Shown here in pieces: positions 1 to 9,991 of a DNA stretch of 64,000 nucleotides. The DNA comes from an uncultured Chloroflexia bacterium. Its GTDB lineage: Bacteria; Chloroflexota; Limnocylindria; Limnocylindrales; CSP1-4. The notes beneath the pieces were generated by a model. The model was given only the letters and a program-made list of their open reading frames with translations. It searched no databases and had not been told where the DNA came from. The stretch is taken from the NCBI GenBank assembly GCA_963813335.1, contig CAWEYL010000003.1, positions 448,001-512,000 on the forward strand, read 5' to 3'. The stretch's first letter is position 1; the number at the start of each line of letters is the position of its first letter. Position numbers and translations under genes: made by a program.

Positions 1-870
1 GGCGATCGCCTTGGCCAGCTCGCCGCCGCGGCGCATGCCGCCGTCGGCGACGACCGGGATGTACTTGCCCGTCTCGGCGAAGAAGGCGTCGCGGGCCGCG
101 GCCACGTCGCTGATCGCGGTGACCTGCGGGACGCCGATGCCGAGGACCTCGCGGGTCGTGCACGCGGCACCTGGCCCGACGCCGACGAAGACCGCGGCGG
201 CGCCCTGCTCCATCAGCGCGAAGGCCGCCTCGGCGTTGGTCGTGTTGCCGACCGCGACCGGGATCGGCATGTAGCGGGTGAACTCGGCGAGCGAGAGCGG
301 GTCGTACTCGGTGGCGAGGTGGCGGGCGCTCGAGACCTGGCTCTGGACGAGGAACAGGTCGGCGCCGTGCTCGGCGCAGAACGGGCCGAAGCGGCGGGCG
401 GCACCCGGGGTGGCGGCGACGGCCGCCTTCGAGCCGGCGTCGTGGATGGCCTGGAGCCGGGCCGAGATCAGGTCCTCGCGGATCGGCTGGGCGTAGACCT
501 CGGCGAGGATCGCCTGGACCTCGTCGGCCGGTGCGGACGCGATGCGCTCGAGGATCGCGTCGGGCTCGTCGTAGCGGGTCTGGACGCCTTCGAGGTTGAG
601 GATCGCGAGGCCGCCGAGGCGGGCGAGCTCCCCGGCGACGCGCGGGTCGACGACCGCGTCCATCGCCGACGCGATGATCGGGATGGCGAGGTCGATGCCG
701 GCGAACGTCTGCGCGAGGTCGACGTCGGCGGGCTCGATGGTGTCGGTCCCGGGCGCGAGCGAGACGTCCTCGAAGCCATACGTCGGCCGGATCGTGTCGA
801 CCTTCGAATGGAAGACCCGACGCTGCGCCGCGCCGTCCGGGGTGTGCGTCGTCGCCGTTCGGTCGATCAC
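1..870 (-). CDS. guaB3: GuaB3-family IMP dehydrogenase-related protein (runs off left edge)
   Basis: Manual translation from GTG at 870 (GGAGG upstream): ...RPTYGFEDVSLAPGTDTIEPADVDLAQTFAGIDLAIPIIASAMDAVVDP...; later GIGVPQVTAI. Absent from the ORF track because the stop lies outside the window. Confidence 0.88.
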   Translation of the reverse strand, partial: MIDRTATTHTPDGAAQRRVFHSKVDTIRPTYGFEDVSLAPGTDTIEPADVDLAQTFAGIDLAIPIIASAMDAVVDPRVAGELARLGGLAILNLEGVQTRYDEPDAILERIASAPADEVQAILAEVYAQPIREDLISARLQAIHDAGSKAAVAATPGAARRFGPFCAEHGADLFLVQSQVSSARHLATEYDPLSLAEFTRYMPIPVAVGNTTNAEAAFALMEQGAAAVFVGVGPGAACTTREVLGIGVPQVTAISDVAAARDAFFAETGKYIPVVADGGMRRGGELAKAIA

Positions 871-1555
871 GTGGCCCTCCTGTGCCGCCTCACGGTGGGC
901 TGCCTGTGGCCCCGAGTCTACCAGCGAGGCGGCGACGGCCGACGGTTGCGGGTCCAGTGCCATCTCGAATCCGAGCACGGATGGCGGGTGCATGTAGTCT
1001 CATGCGATGAGCAGGAACTCTTCGGCGGGCGGCGATCGCCTTCGACCGCTAGCCGCGGTCTGTGTTGCACGAGCGCTGACCGGCTGGACCCCTCCCCAAC
1101 CACGGCGGGCGACGGCTGGCACCGGTTGAGACCTATCGTGAGCCGCAGGGTACGGACAGCAGCCATCGATCGGAATCGTCGTCCAGGCGACGTCGGGTCC
1201 CTCGACGGACGGGCACTGACGGTCCGAATCGGGCGGCGGCGATTGCCTTATCCCGGTATTTCACGGTCATCGAGGCTCACGTCGACGAGAACGTCGTGAC
1301 CGCCCGGTTTGACCGAGTGATCAAGCCCGGATCGGGCGGCGACCAGATCGATGTATGTCCGCTGGCCAGCCGATCACCTTTCGCGTCTCGATCGACAGGC
1401 ACCCGGGTTCCGCTCCACTATGTCCTTCAACTTGACGACAGCAGCTTGAAGCAGCCTTGACGAAGTCACATGCGGCGCGATGTCGGTGACGATCGAGCCC
1501 AAACCATGATCGCGATCCTGAGCACCATGGGCAAGACGACCAGATGCACGTCGGG

Positions 1556-2055
1556 TCAACGGATCGCATCCTGTGCGAAGCCCATCCAGTGCCAATTCGA
1601 ACCACGCGGCACGTTCCGGGTCCGCGAGGTCGTCGCGGATGCGTTCGATCGCCGTGCGGTAGCCCGGCCAGACGACCTCGCGGTGGGCGTCGTCGATCGG
1701 GAGCCAGCGGGCGCCGTCGTGCTCGTGCGACAGCGTCGGCTCGGCGCCGGGCGCGACACGGACCGCGAAGACCGCGGCGGTCATGACCCCATCGACGGAC
1801 GGCTCGTGGAACTGGTTCACGAGGTCGAGGTCGTAGAACGCCTCGATGGCGTCGGCGTCGAAGCCGGTCTCCTCGCGGAGCTCGCGGAGCGCGCCCTCGG
1901 CGACGCGCTCGCCGTCTTCGAGCGACCCGGAGACGCACTGCCACAGGCCGGGCAGGATGCGCCCGGGCGCGCGGCGGATCAGCAGGATCTCGCGGCCCCG
2001 CGCGAGCGTCGCGGAACATCCAGCAGTCGACGAGGTCCGGCCGGAACGGGCTCAC
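1556..2055 (-). CDS. NUDIX hydrolase (NudB-like), one frameshift near 1995; 3' end uncertain
   Basis: VSPFRPDLVDCWMFR / EILLIRRAPGRILPGLWQCVSGSLEDGERVAEGALRELREETG (Nudix box), then LSHEHDGARW. The GTG start overlaps the upstream TGA. Confidence 0.78.
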
Positions 2056-2633
2056 GCGACGAGCCGGGCGCGCATGTCGTTCAGCTGCTCCAGGTGCATC
2101 AGGTCGTGGACGCCCGCGAAGACCAGCCATTCGCCGCAGCGCAGCCGCCCGACTTGCTCGTGGACCAGCGGGCACGGCTCGGCCTCGTGGCCGGCGACGG
2201 TCCGTGCGAACCGCTCGATCAGCCGCTGGCTCTGGCCGATCTTTCGCAACAGCGTCGCGCGGTCCTGGTCGGCTGTGCCGGGGATCCCCTGGACGACATG
2301 GGGCGCGTCCGCGGGCCAGCGCCCTGCCGCCGCCAGCGATGCGGCCATGGCGAGACCGGCCCGCGACTCGCAGTCATGGCCGATGCACTGGGCGACGTTC
2401 CAATCCCCTTCCCCGCCGGGCAGCGTGAACGCCAAGTCCGGAAGCTCGTCCACGAACGCGGTCAGCGCCGCGGCCAGCGAACCCAGCTGGAGCCCGATCG
2501 CCTCCGCGGTGCCCGGCCCGCCTCGACGGCGGACCTCACGGCGGACCTCGATGAGCCGGCCGGTCTCGATGCCGCGCCAGGCCGCGACGATGTCGGGTGC
2601 CCCCGGTTCGAGCGCATCGACCCAGGTCGTCAA
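2052..2633 (-). CDS. DinB-family protein
   Basis: WNVAQCIGH and HDLMHLEQL metal-binding histidine pattern. Probable TTG start overlapping the hicB stop. Confidence 0.75.
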   Translation of the reverse strand: MTTWVDALEPGAPDIVAAWRGIETGRLIEVRREVRRRGGPGTAEAIGLQLGSLAAALTAFVDELPDLAFTLPGGEGDWNVAQCIGHDCESRAGLAMAASLAAAGRWPADAPHVVQGIPGTADQDRATLLRKIGQSQRLIERFARTVAGHEAEPCPLVHEQVGRLRCGEWLVFAGVHDLMHLEQLNDMRARLVA

Positions 2634-2839
2634 ACCTCGACAGCGTCCGTCCAGGCAGACGGCTCCGGGAGTGGCTCGTGCGCGACCCGCATCGAACGGA
2701 CATGTTCCTCGATCGCGTCCCGGATCCGCCGCTCGACCTCGGCCCGCGTCCGACCCGTCGCGACACACCCGGGGAGGTCCGGGACGTACGCCGAGAAGGT
2801 CCCCCCAGCGCGCTCGTAGACCACGGCATAGCGCTTCAT
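2630..2839 (-). CDS. hicB: HicB-family antitoxin (short form, no DNA-binding domain)
   Basis: MKRYAVVYERAGGTFSAYVPDLPGCVATGRTRAEVERRIRDAIEEH matches the canonical HicB signature. Confidence 0.92.
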   Translation of the reverse strand: MKRYAVVYERAGGTFSAYVPDLPGCVATGRTRAEVERRIRDAIEEHVRSMRVAHEPLPEPSAWTDAVEV

Positions 2840-3037
2840 CGTTCGTCTCCCTTGAGGCCTGCCTGCCTCAGGATACTGTTCCAGGTCCCGCGGGCCAGAT
2901 CGTCACGACGGTCTCCCGGCGATCGTCGACGAGACCCGGCCGAACGGGGTGGCGAAACTGACGATGGCTCCCGCGGGTTCGCACGAGCTGCCATCCGTGC
3001 TCCTGAGGATGTCGATCGCGTCTCGGACCTTCGGCAT
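2836..3037 (-). pseudogene. hicA: HicA-family mRNA interferase toxin broken by about 3 indels (pseudogene or sequencing error)
   Basis: Stitching frames gives MPKVRDAIDIL/EHGWQLVRTRGSHRQFRHPVRPGLV/TIAGRPS/DDLARGTWNSILRQAGLKGDER*, with the GSH catalytic motif and an ATGA overlap with hicB. Confidence 0.85.
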
Positions 3038-3092
3038 CGGCCGAAGCTATCGAGCGGCGCTCACCCCGCCCTTACCCGGCGCCAGGCTCAGC

Positions 3093-3422
3093 TCACAGCC
3101 GCTCGAAGCGCTCCACCGGGAGGACGAAGACCGTGGCGCCGCCGACCTCGACCTCGAGCGGGTAGGGCATGAAGAACTCGCCCGGCTCCATGATCGGCGG
3201 CATCGGGTTGACGGTCTGGGTCCGCGACGTGCAGTTCTCGCGGACGATCCCGAGGACCTCCTCGACCTCGGCGTCCTCGACGCCGAGGATGATCGTCGCG
3301 TTCGACTGCTTCAGGAATCCGCCCGAGCTGTGCAGGCGGGTCGCGCGGAACTCCTTGTCGAGCAGGGCGTCGACCAGGGCTCCGGCGTCTTCGTGATGGA
3401 CGATCGCGACGACAAGCTTCAT
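3093..3422 (-). CDS. darA: Cyclic-di-AMP receptor, PII-like DarA/PstA (YaaQ)
   Basis: MKLVVAIVHHEDA...TRLHSSGGFLKQSNATIILGV...VEVGGATVFVLPVERFERL, 109 aa. Confidence 0.92.
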   Translation of the reverse strand: MKLVVAIVHHEDAGALVDALLDKEFRATRLHSSGGFLKQSNATIILGVEDAEVEEVLGIVRENCTSRTQTVNPMPPIMEPGEFFMPYPLEVEVGGATVFVLPVERFERL

Positions 3423-3517
3423 CGCGGGGAGTATCCCGGCGCGGACGCCGCCGGTCAACGCAGATTCGCGAGGTGTACGATGCCGGCTCCGACCGAAGCG
3501 TGCGTGCAGGAGAGCCC

Positions 3518-4540
3518 GTGACCAGCGACGCCCGACCCTCTGACCCCCGCGCGTCCCTCGCCGCCACGGCCGTCGCCGTGTCGCGCGCCACCGACCTCGA
3601 TGCCGCGCTGAGCGCCATCCTTGGCGCGATCGAGGCCTCGATGCAGCCGTTGATGGGCGCCGTCCTCGTGCAGGATCCGGACCGGAGCGGCCTCGTCGTC
3701 GCCGCTTCGTCCAGGATGGACGCCGATGCCGACGCGCGATTGACGGCTGCGGTCGCCGATCCGACCCATCCGTTCGCGGAAGCCGCGAACGCGCGCGTCG
3801 CGACGTTCGATCGCGAATCGACCCTACCGACGGGCAATGCGTACGTCGGCGCCTACCTGCCGCTCCTCAGCTCCACCGGCGGTGCCGAAGTGTCGCTCGG
3901 GAGCATCGGCTTCGGCTGGCTGGCGCCGCGTGCCCTGGATGCCGACGAGCGCGACGCCCTCGAAGGGTTCGCCGCGCTGGCGACGCTCGCGGTCGAGCGG
4001 GCGCGACTCGAATCGACGGCGGCCGAACGCTCCGAGTGGTTCGAGCGCCTGGCCCACAGCGACGCCCTGACCGGGCTCGCGAACGAGCGGACGGTCGGCC
4101 GGGTGCTCGAGCTCGAGCTGGCGCGTGCCGGGCGGCAGACCAGCGAGGTGTCGCTGGCGATCTTCGATATCGACGACTTCCAGGCGACCAACCGCGACGG
4201 CGGCCATGCGGCCGGCGACGACGTGCTTCGGCGCGTCGCGGCCGTGCTGGCCGAATCGGTCCGGCTGGTGGACACGGTCGGGCGGATCGGCGGCGACGAG
4301 TTCGTCCTGATCGCGCCGGGGTCGGCCGGGATGACCGTGGCGCAGCGCGTCATCGACGGGATCGCCGCCCTGCCCGCGGTCGCCGGCAAGGATGTGTCCG
4401 TCTCCGCAGGCGTCGCCCGGTTCCCGGTCGATGGCTCCGACGCGGACGAGCTCATCGCGTCGGCGATGGCGGCGCTCCAGGCGGCCCGCGCCGAGGGCCG
4501 CGGCAAGGTCGCGGAGCCGGCGGCGGCCCCCAAGGCCTAA
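3518..4540 (+). CDS. GAF-sensor diguanylate cyclase (GAF + GGDEF)
   Basis: N-terminal GAF-like segment, then DALTGLAN, DIDDFQATN..GHAAGD and RIGGDEF. GTG start follows GGAG. Confidence 0.9.
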   Translation: MTSDARPSDPRASLAATAVAVSRATDLDAALSAILGAIEASMQPLMGAVLVQDPDRSGLVVAASSRMDADADARLTAAVADPTHPFAEAANARVATFDRESTLPTGNAYVGAYLPLLSSTGGAEVSLGSIGFGWLAPRALDADERDALEGFAALATLAVERARLESTAAERSEWFERLAHSDALTGLANERTVGRVLELELARAGRQTSEVSLAIFDIDDFQATNRDGGHAAGDDVLRRVAAVLAESVRLVDTVGRIGGDEFVLIAPGSAGMTVAQRVIDGIAALPAVAGKDVSVSAGVARFPVDGSDADELIASAMAALQAARAEGRGKVAEPAAAPKA

Positions 4541-4543
4541 GCG

Positions 4544-5404
4544 CTAGGCGACGGCCGAGGCGGCTCCCGACGACACGACCGGTCCGGCCGGGGCGGTCGC
4601 GCCAGGCGCCGGTTCGCGGGTCAGCACCACCTGGATCCCGGCCGCCGGGTGGACGCCCGACGTCGCCAGGTACCCGGTCCCGTCGCGGCCGACCTGGAAG
4701 CCGCCGATCGCGACCGGGACCTTGTCCTCGCCGATGAGCCACGCCTCGTAGACCTCGTTGCCCTTGGTCGGGTCGAGGTCGTGGACGGCCAGGGTCAGCG
4801 TGCCGTCCGGGTTCATCGCCGCGAGCCCGGCCGCCTCGGAGGCCTCCGCGGGCCGGAGCACCGCGGTCATCGATCCGTCCTGCGCCGCGAGCTGGAGCAC
4901 GGCAGCGACATCCCGCTGGTATTGCTCCGCGCCGTTGAGCTGGTTCTGGAGGAACAGGTTCCAGCCGGCGAGCGCGACGATCGCGACGACGGCGGCGACG
5001 CGGAGGATCCACGAGGTCGGCGAGGTCTTGCGTGGTGCGGACGCGGACGCGGCCTTCGTGGTCGGGAACGGGATCGGCTCCTGGACGGCGGTCGTTGGCG
5101 CGAGCTCTGGTTCCGCGCTCATGGGCGCGCTCGACGGCGCCGACCGCGCCTCGAGATCCGCGGCCGCCGCCGCCATGATCCGGCCCTTCAGCGCCGCCGA
5201 CGGCTCGACGACCGGCACGGACTCGAGCAGCACCGGCAGCACGGACCCCGCCTCGGCGATCTCGGCGTGCGCATCCGAGCAAGTCGCGAGGTGCTCGCGG
5301 ACCGCGGCCTCCTCGGCCGGGTCGAGCGCGCCCAGCACGAACGAGTCCGCCATCTCGCGGACGTCGTCGCAGGTGAGGCCCGTGGCGCGCATGTCGTCGG
5401 TCAT
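4544..5404 (-). CDS. rskA: Anti-sigma factor, RskA-like (zinc-finger HxxxC, one TM, RskA C-domain)
   Basis: VREHLATC ZAS-like motif, TM WILRVAAVVAIVALAGWNLFL, VYEAWLI and LTREPAPGATAP. ATGA-coupled to the sigma gene. Confidence 0.85.
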   Translation of the reverse strand: MTDDMRATGLTCDDVREMADSFVLGALDPAEEAAVREHLATCSDAHAEIAEAGSVLPVLLESVPVVEPSAALKGRIMAAAAADLEARSAPSSAPMSAEPELAPTTAVQEPIPFPTTKAASASAPRKTSPTSWILRVAAVVAIVALAGWNLFLQNQLNGAEQYQRDVAAVLQLAAQDGSMTAVLRPAEASEAAGLAAMNPDGTLTLAVHDLDPTKGNEVYEAWLIGEDKVPVAIGGFQVGRDGTGYLATSGVHPAAGIQVVLTREPAPGATAPAGPVVSSGAASAVA

Positions 5405-6051
5405 GGTGCCCCGCCCTCGACGATGGTGCCGTCGGCCGCGACCGGCTCGACGTCGCCGGGATCGTCGACGGTGAGCGCACGGCGCATCGCGAGCAGCCCG
5501 AGCCGCATCCGGCTCTTCACGGTCCCGAGCGGGGTGTCCATCCGGAGCGCGATCTCCTGCTGCGTCAGGCCGCCGAAGTAGGCGAGCTCGATGGCCTCGC
5601 GCTGGACGTCGGAGAGCACGGCGAGCGCGCCCCGGACGGCGTCGGCATCGAGGTTCGCGGAGACCTCCGTCCAGATGTCGGGCAGGCGCAGCTCGACGGG
5701 CGGCACGTCCTCGCGCTCGGGCAGCTCGGTGGTCGGCTTGCGCCGGCGGATCGCGTCGATCGCCCGGTGGTGGACGATCGACAGCAGCCAGGTCTTCACG
5801 CTGCCGCGCCCCTCGATGTAGCGGGCGGCATTGCGCCAGGCGCCCAGGAAGGCGTCCTGGACGACGTCCTCGGCAAGCGTGGCGTCACTCGTGATGCGGT
5901 AGGCGATGGAGTAGGCCATGGTCCTGTATCGGTCGTAGAGCTCTTCGAGGGCGTGGAGTTCCCCGGCGACGATCCGCTCGAGCACGGCCCGGTCCGCGTC
6001 GTCCGCCGGGGACCCGACGCGCCGTTGGAGCGAGCCCGATTCGTCCGTCAT
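5401..6051 (-). CDS. ECF RNA polymerase sigma-70 factor (SigK-like)
   Basis: AEDVVQDAFL, WLLSIVHHRAID, QREAIELAYFGGLTQQEIA..LGTVKSR. Confidence 0.93.
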   Translation of the reverse strand: MTDESGSLQRRVGSPADDADRAVLERIVAGELHALEELYDRYRTMAYSIAYRITSDATLAEDVVQDAFLGAWRNAARYIEGRGSVKTWLLSIVHHRAIDAIRRRKPTTELPEREDVPPVELRLPDIWTEVSANLDADAVRGALAVLSDVQREAIELAYFGGLTQQEIALRMDTPLGTVKSRMRLGLLAMRRALTVDDPGDVEPVAADGTIVEGGAP

Positions 6052-6737
6052 CGTTCGATGCGTGCGGCGGAGGGCCGCGGTTCACTTCGTGCGAGCCGGT
6101 CGTCGACCGCGCGCACCATCGCGGCGGTGACCGAATCCAGCTCCTGGGTCGCATCGACGACCGCGAATCGCTCCGGCTCGGCCTCGGCCAGGGCCAGGAA
6201 CCCGTCGCGCACGCGGCGGTGGAAGGCGAGGTCGAACTCGGCCTCGAAGCGGGTCACGTCGTCGGGCGCCTTGCGCGCCAGGCCCGCCTCGACGGGCAGG
6301 TCGAGCAGGATCGTGAGGTCGGGGCGGAGACCGTCCGTGGCCGCCGCTTCGAGGCCCCGGAGCACGTGGAGCGGCACGCCGGCGCCGTAGCCCTGGTAGG
6401 CGAGGGTCGAATCGGCGAAGCGGGCGCAGACCACGGTCCGGCCGTCCCCCAGCGCGGGCCGCAGCACCTCGCTCACGAGCTGGCGCCGCGCCGCATCGAA
6501 CAGGAACGCGTCGGTCAGCGGGTCGCTCCGTCCGCCGGCCCCGGTCCGGGCCAGCAGGACCTCGCGGATCCGCTCGCCGAGCCAGGTGCCGCCCGGTTCG
6601 CGGGTCGAGACGACGTCGTGGCCGCGCCCCGCCAGCCAGGCGACGAGGCGGTCGGCCTGCGTCGTCTTGCCGGCCCCTTCGGGGCCTTCGATGGTGATGA
6701 ACCAGCCGCGGTCGCGCGGGGTCCCGGGTGCGGTCAC
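6048..6737 (-). CDS. tmk: Thymidylate (dTMP) kinase
   Basis: FITIEGPEGAGKTTQ P-loop, TREPGGT, RFADSTLAYQGYG, RPDLTILLD. Confidence 0.95.
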   Translation of the reverse strand: MTAPGTPRDRGWFITIEGPEGAGKTTQADRLVAWLAGRGHDVVSTREPGGTWLGERIREVLLARTGAGGRSDPLTDAFLFDAARRQLVSEVLRPALGDGRTVVCARFADSTLAYQGYGAGVPLHVLRGLEAAATDGLRPDLTILLDLPVEAGLARKAPDDVTRFEAEFDLAFHRRVRDGFLALAEAEPERFAVVDATQELDSVTAAMVRAVDDRLARSEPRPSAARIER

Positions 6738-6803
6738 GTCCCGAGTGTAGCCGGGGGCGGGGCCGGGCCCGACGCGCGCTCGCGATACCCTGTCGCCACT
6801 GCC

Positions 6804-8430
6804 ATGAGACGACGACTGCTCGCCGGCCTCGCCTTCGCCTGGATCGCCGCGGTCGCGCTGCCGGGGATCGCCAGCGCGCACCCGCTGGGCAACTTCACCA
6901 TCAACCACCACGCCGGGATCAGGGTCGAACCCGACCGCGTCCTGCTCGACGTCGTCATCGACCAGGCGGAGATCCCGGCCTTCCAGGCGCGCCTCCAGTA
7001 CGACACCGACGGCGACGGCGAGCTCAGCGACGACGAGATCGCCGCGGGCCGCCTCGCCGGCTGCGCATCGCTCCAGCCGGCGCTCGCCCTCGAGGTCGCC
7101 GGGGCGCGCGCGTCGCTGACCCTCACCTCGGCGGGGCTGTCGTTCCCGCCCGGCGCGGGCGGCCTGTCGACGCTCCGACTCGTCTGCGAGTTCGAGGCGC
7201 CGCTCGCGGCGCCGATCACGGCCGCGACGGCCATCACGTTCCGCGACACCTCGTTCCCGGAGCGGATCGGCTGGCGCGAGATCGTCAACCAGGGGTCGGG
7301 CACGACCGCTCGCCGTGACCGCGGGCGTGGACCGCTCGACCAGCCCGTCCGCCCGGCTCACGTCGTACCCGAAGGACCTCATCGCGGCGCCGCTCGACGA
7401 CCGCTCGATCGCGATCACGGCGTCGCCGGGCGGCGCCGAGCTGGCGCCGGTCACGTTCGCCGATGCCACGCCGGTCGCGTCGCCGACGACCCCGGTCGTC
7501 CCGGCCGCGGCCGCCGCCGCACCCGCCTCGGCGACGCAGGGGTCCGTCCCCGGCGGCGTGACCGGCGGGGAGCTGCCGTCGATCTTCGGGAGCGCCGACC
7601 TCACCCCGATCGTGCTGCTGGTCTCGCTGCTGACCGCGATCGGCCTCGGGGCCGCCCACGCGCTCACGCCAGGCCACGGCAAGACGCTGATGGCCGCCTA
7701 TCTCGTGGGCTCGCGCGGGACCGCGCTCCACGCCGTCGGGCTCGGGCTGTCGGTGACGCTGTCGCACACCGTCGGGATCCTGGCGCTGGCCGCGATCATC
7801 GTCGGGGCGCAGGGCGTCCTGGCACCCGACGTGGTCGTCCGGACCGCGCCGGTCGTCGCGGCCATCTCGATCGTGCTGATCGGCGGCTGGATGCTCGTCG
7901 GCGAGATCCGGCGGCGACGCGGGGTCGCCGCGGCTGCCAGGGCGACCGCCCAGGACCACGATCACGGGCACGACCATCCGCACGCGCACGACCACGCCCA
8001 TCCCGCCGACCGCCCCGCCCAGGCGCACGTGCCCGAACACGAACCGGGCTACCACGAGCACGGTGGCGTCGGCCACACGCACCTGCCGCCGGCCGGCTCG
8101 ACCATCACGTGGCGAAGCCTGTTCGTCCTCGGCCTCGCGGGCGGGTTGATCCCGTCGACCAGCGCGCTGCTGATCCTGCTCGGCTCGATCGCGGCGGGAC
8201 GGCCGGCCTTCGGGCTGGTCCTCGTGGTGGCCTTCGGGCTCGGGATGGCGCTCGTCATGGGCGGCGTCGGCGTGGCGCTGGTGTTCGCGCGCGGCCGGCT
8301 GGAGCGCTTCGACGGCGCGTCCGTCCTCGGCCGCACCAGCACGCTCGTCCCCCTCGCCGCGTCGGTCGTCGTGCTCAGCCTCGGGCTGTACCTGACGGCC
8401 CAGGCCGTGGGCGGCGCCCCGGTCCTCTGA
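6804..8430 (+). CDS. Nickel/cobalt transporter (RcnA/HoxN-like) with N-terminal extracytoplasmic HPLGNFT domain; frameshift near 7305
   Basis: Signal peptide then AHPLGNFTINH, later GAAHALTPGHGKTLMAAYLVG, a His-rich loop HDHGHDHPHAHDHAH, and GGLIPSTSAL. Confidence 0.85.
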
Positions 8431-8508
8431 GCGGCCAGCCGAGCCGCGTTGCACTACGGCATCCGACCGATAGGCCGTCGCCGACCCCTCTGCTAGGCTC
8501 CGCGGCGC

Positions 8509-9957
8509 ATGCGAGACCTGACCGACCGCGCCCTCGACACCGCCTCGTCGCTGGGCGCCGGCTACGCCGATATCCGGATCGTCCGCCGGCTCGATGAGAG
8601 CGTCGCCATCCGCACCGGCCGCGTCGAGGGCGTCGCCTCGGGCGAGAGCGAGGGGTTCGGCGTCCGCGTCCTCGTCGACGGCGCCTGGGGGTTCGCCAGC
8701 AGCCACGTCCTGACCGCCACCGAGATGGACCGCGTGGCCGGCGAGGCCGTGCGCATCGCCCGCGCGAGCGCCACCGCGCTGCGCGACCCGGCCATCCTCG
8801 CCGACCGTCCGCCGGCCAGCGGCCGCTACGAGACGCCGGTCGCCGAAGACCCGTTCGCGATCCCGCTCGAGCGCAAGATCGGCGACCTGCTCGCGGCCGA
8901 CCAGGCCGCCAGCCGAGTGAAGGGCATCGCGTTCACCGAATCGATGTACGCCGCCGAGCGCGAATGGAAGACGTTCGCGGCATCCGACGGCAGCTTCACG
9001 GAACAGGTGATCACCCACACCGGGACGTCCGTGGAGGCCAATGCCGTCGACGGCGACGAGCACCAGCGGCGCTCCTACCCGGACGCCGGCGGCGGCTGGA
9101 ACGCCGGCGGCTACGAGTTCGTCCGCTCGCTGGACCTGGCCGCGGCGGCCGAGCCGCTCGCCGACGAGGCCGTGGCGCTGCTCAGCGCCCCGCAGTGCCC
9201 GTCCGGCCGGTTCACCGTGATCCTCGACCCCAGCCAGCTGTACCTGCAGGTCCACGAGAGCTGCGGCCACCCGACCGAGCTCGACCGGGTCTACGGCACC
9301 GAGGCGTCGTACGCGGGGACCAGCTTCCTCACGACCGACAAGCTCGACGAGGGGTTCCGCTACGGCTCCGACCTGATCGACATCGTCGCCGACGCGACCG
9401 CGCCCGGCGGGATGGGCACGTTCGGCTGGGACGACGAGGGCGTCGCCGCCCAGTCCGTGCCGCTCATCCAGGGCGGGATCCTCGTCGGCTACCTGACCAG
9501 CCGCGAGACCGCGACGAAGATCGGGCGGGCCAGCGGCGGGGCGATGCGTGCCGACGGCTGGAACCGCATCCCGCTCATCCGGATGACCAACATCAACCTG
9601 CTGCCGAAGCCCGGGATGAGCCTCGACGACATCGTCGCCGACACCGACGACGGGCTGTACCTCTCGTCCAACCGCTCGTGGTCCATCGACGACCGGCGCC
9701 TGAACTTCCAGTTCGCGACCGAGGTCGCCTACGAGATCAAGGGCGGCAAGAAGGGCCGGCTCTTCAAGAACCCGACCTACACCGGGATCACCTACGAGTT
9801 CTGGCGCTCGTGCGACGCGGTCGGCGACGAGTCGAGCTACGTGATGCTCGGCACGCCCAACTGCGGCAAGGGCGAGCCCGGGCAGGGCGCCCACGTCGGC
9901 CACGCGGTCCCGGGCGCGCGGTTCCGCGACGTCCAGGTCGGGGTGGGCAAGTGGTAG
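8509..9957 (+). CDS. tldD: TldD metalloprotease
   Basis: HESCGH zinc motif, WDDEGV, RMTN, CGKGEPGQ C-terminal motif. Confidence 0.93.
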   Translation: MRDLTDRALDTASSLGAGYADIRIVRRLDESVAIRTGRVEGVASGESEGFGVRVLVDGAWGFASSHVLTATEMDRVAGEAVRIARASATALRDPAILADRPPASGRYETPVAEDPFAIPLERKIGDLLAADQAASRVKGIAFTESMYAAEREWKTFAASDGSFTEQVITHTGTSVEANAVDGDEHQRRSYPDAGGGWNAGGYEFVRSLDLAAAAEPLADEAVALLSAPQCPSGRFTVILDPSQLYLQVHESCGHPTELDRVYGTEASYAGTSFLTTDKLDEGFRYGSDLIDIVADATAPGGMGTFGWDDEGVAAQSVPLIQGGILVGYLTSRETATKIGRASGGAMRADGWNRIPLIRMTNINLLPKPGMSLDDIVADTDDGLYLSSNRSWSIDDRRLNFQFATEVAYEIKGGKKGRLFKNPTYTGITYEFWRSCDAVGDESSYVMLGTPNCGKGEPGQGAHVGHAVPGARFRDVQVGVGKW

Positions 9958-9991
9958 CGGGGCGCCGGCACTCGATCGCCGCGGTCGCTCG

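Noticed and set aside
871-940. Purine-sensing riboswitch upstream of guaB3
   Set aside because: The leader after the TAGACT -10-like hexamer is only about 40 nt and shows no riboswitch consensus I can recognise.
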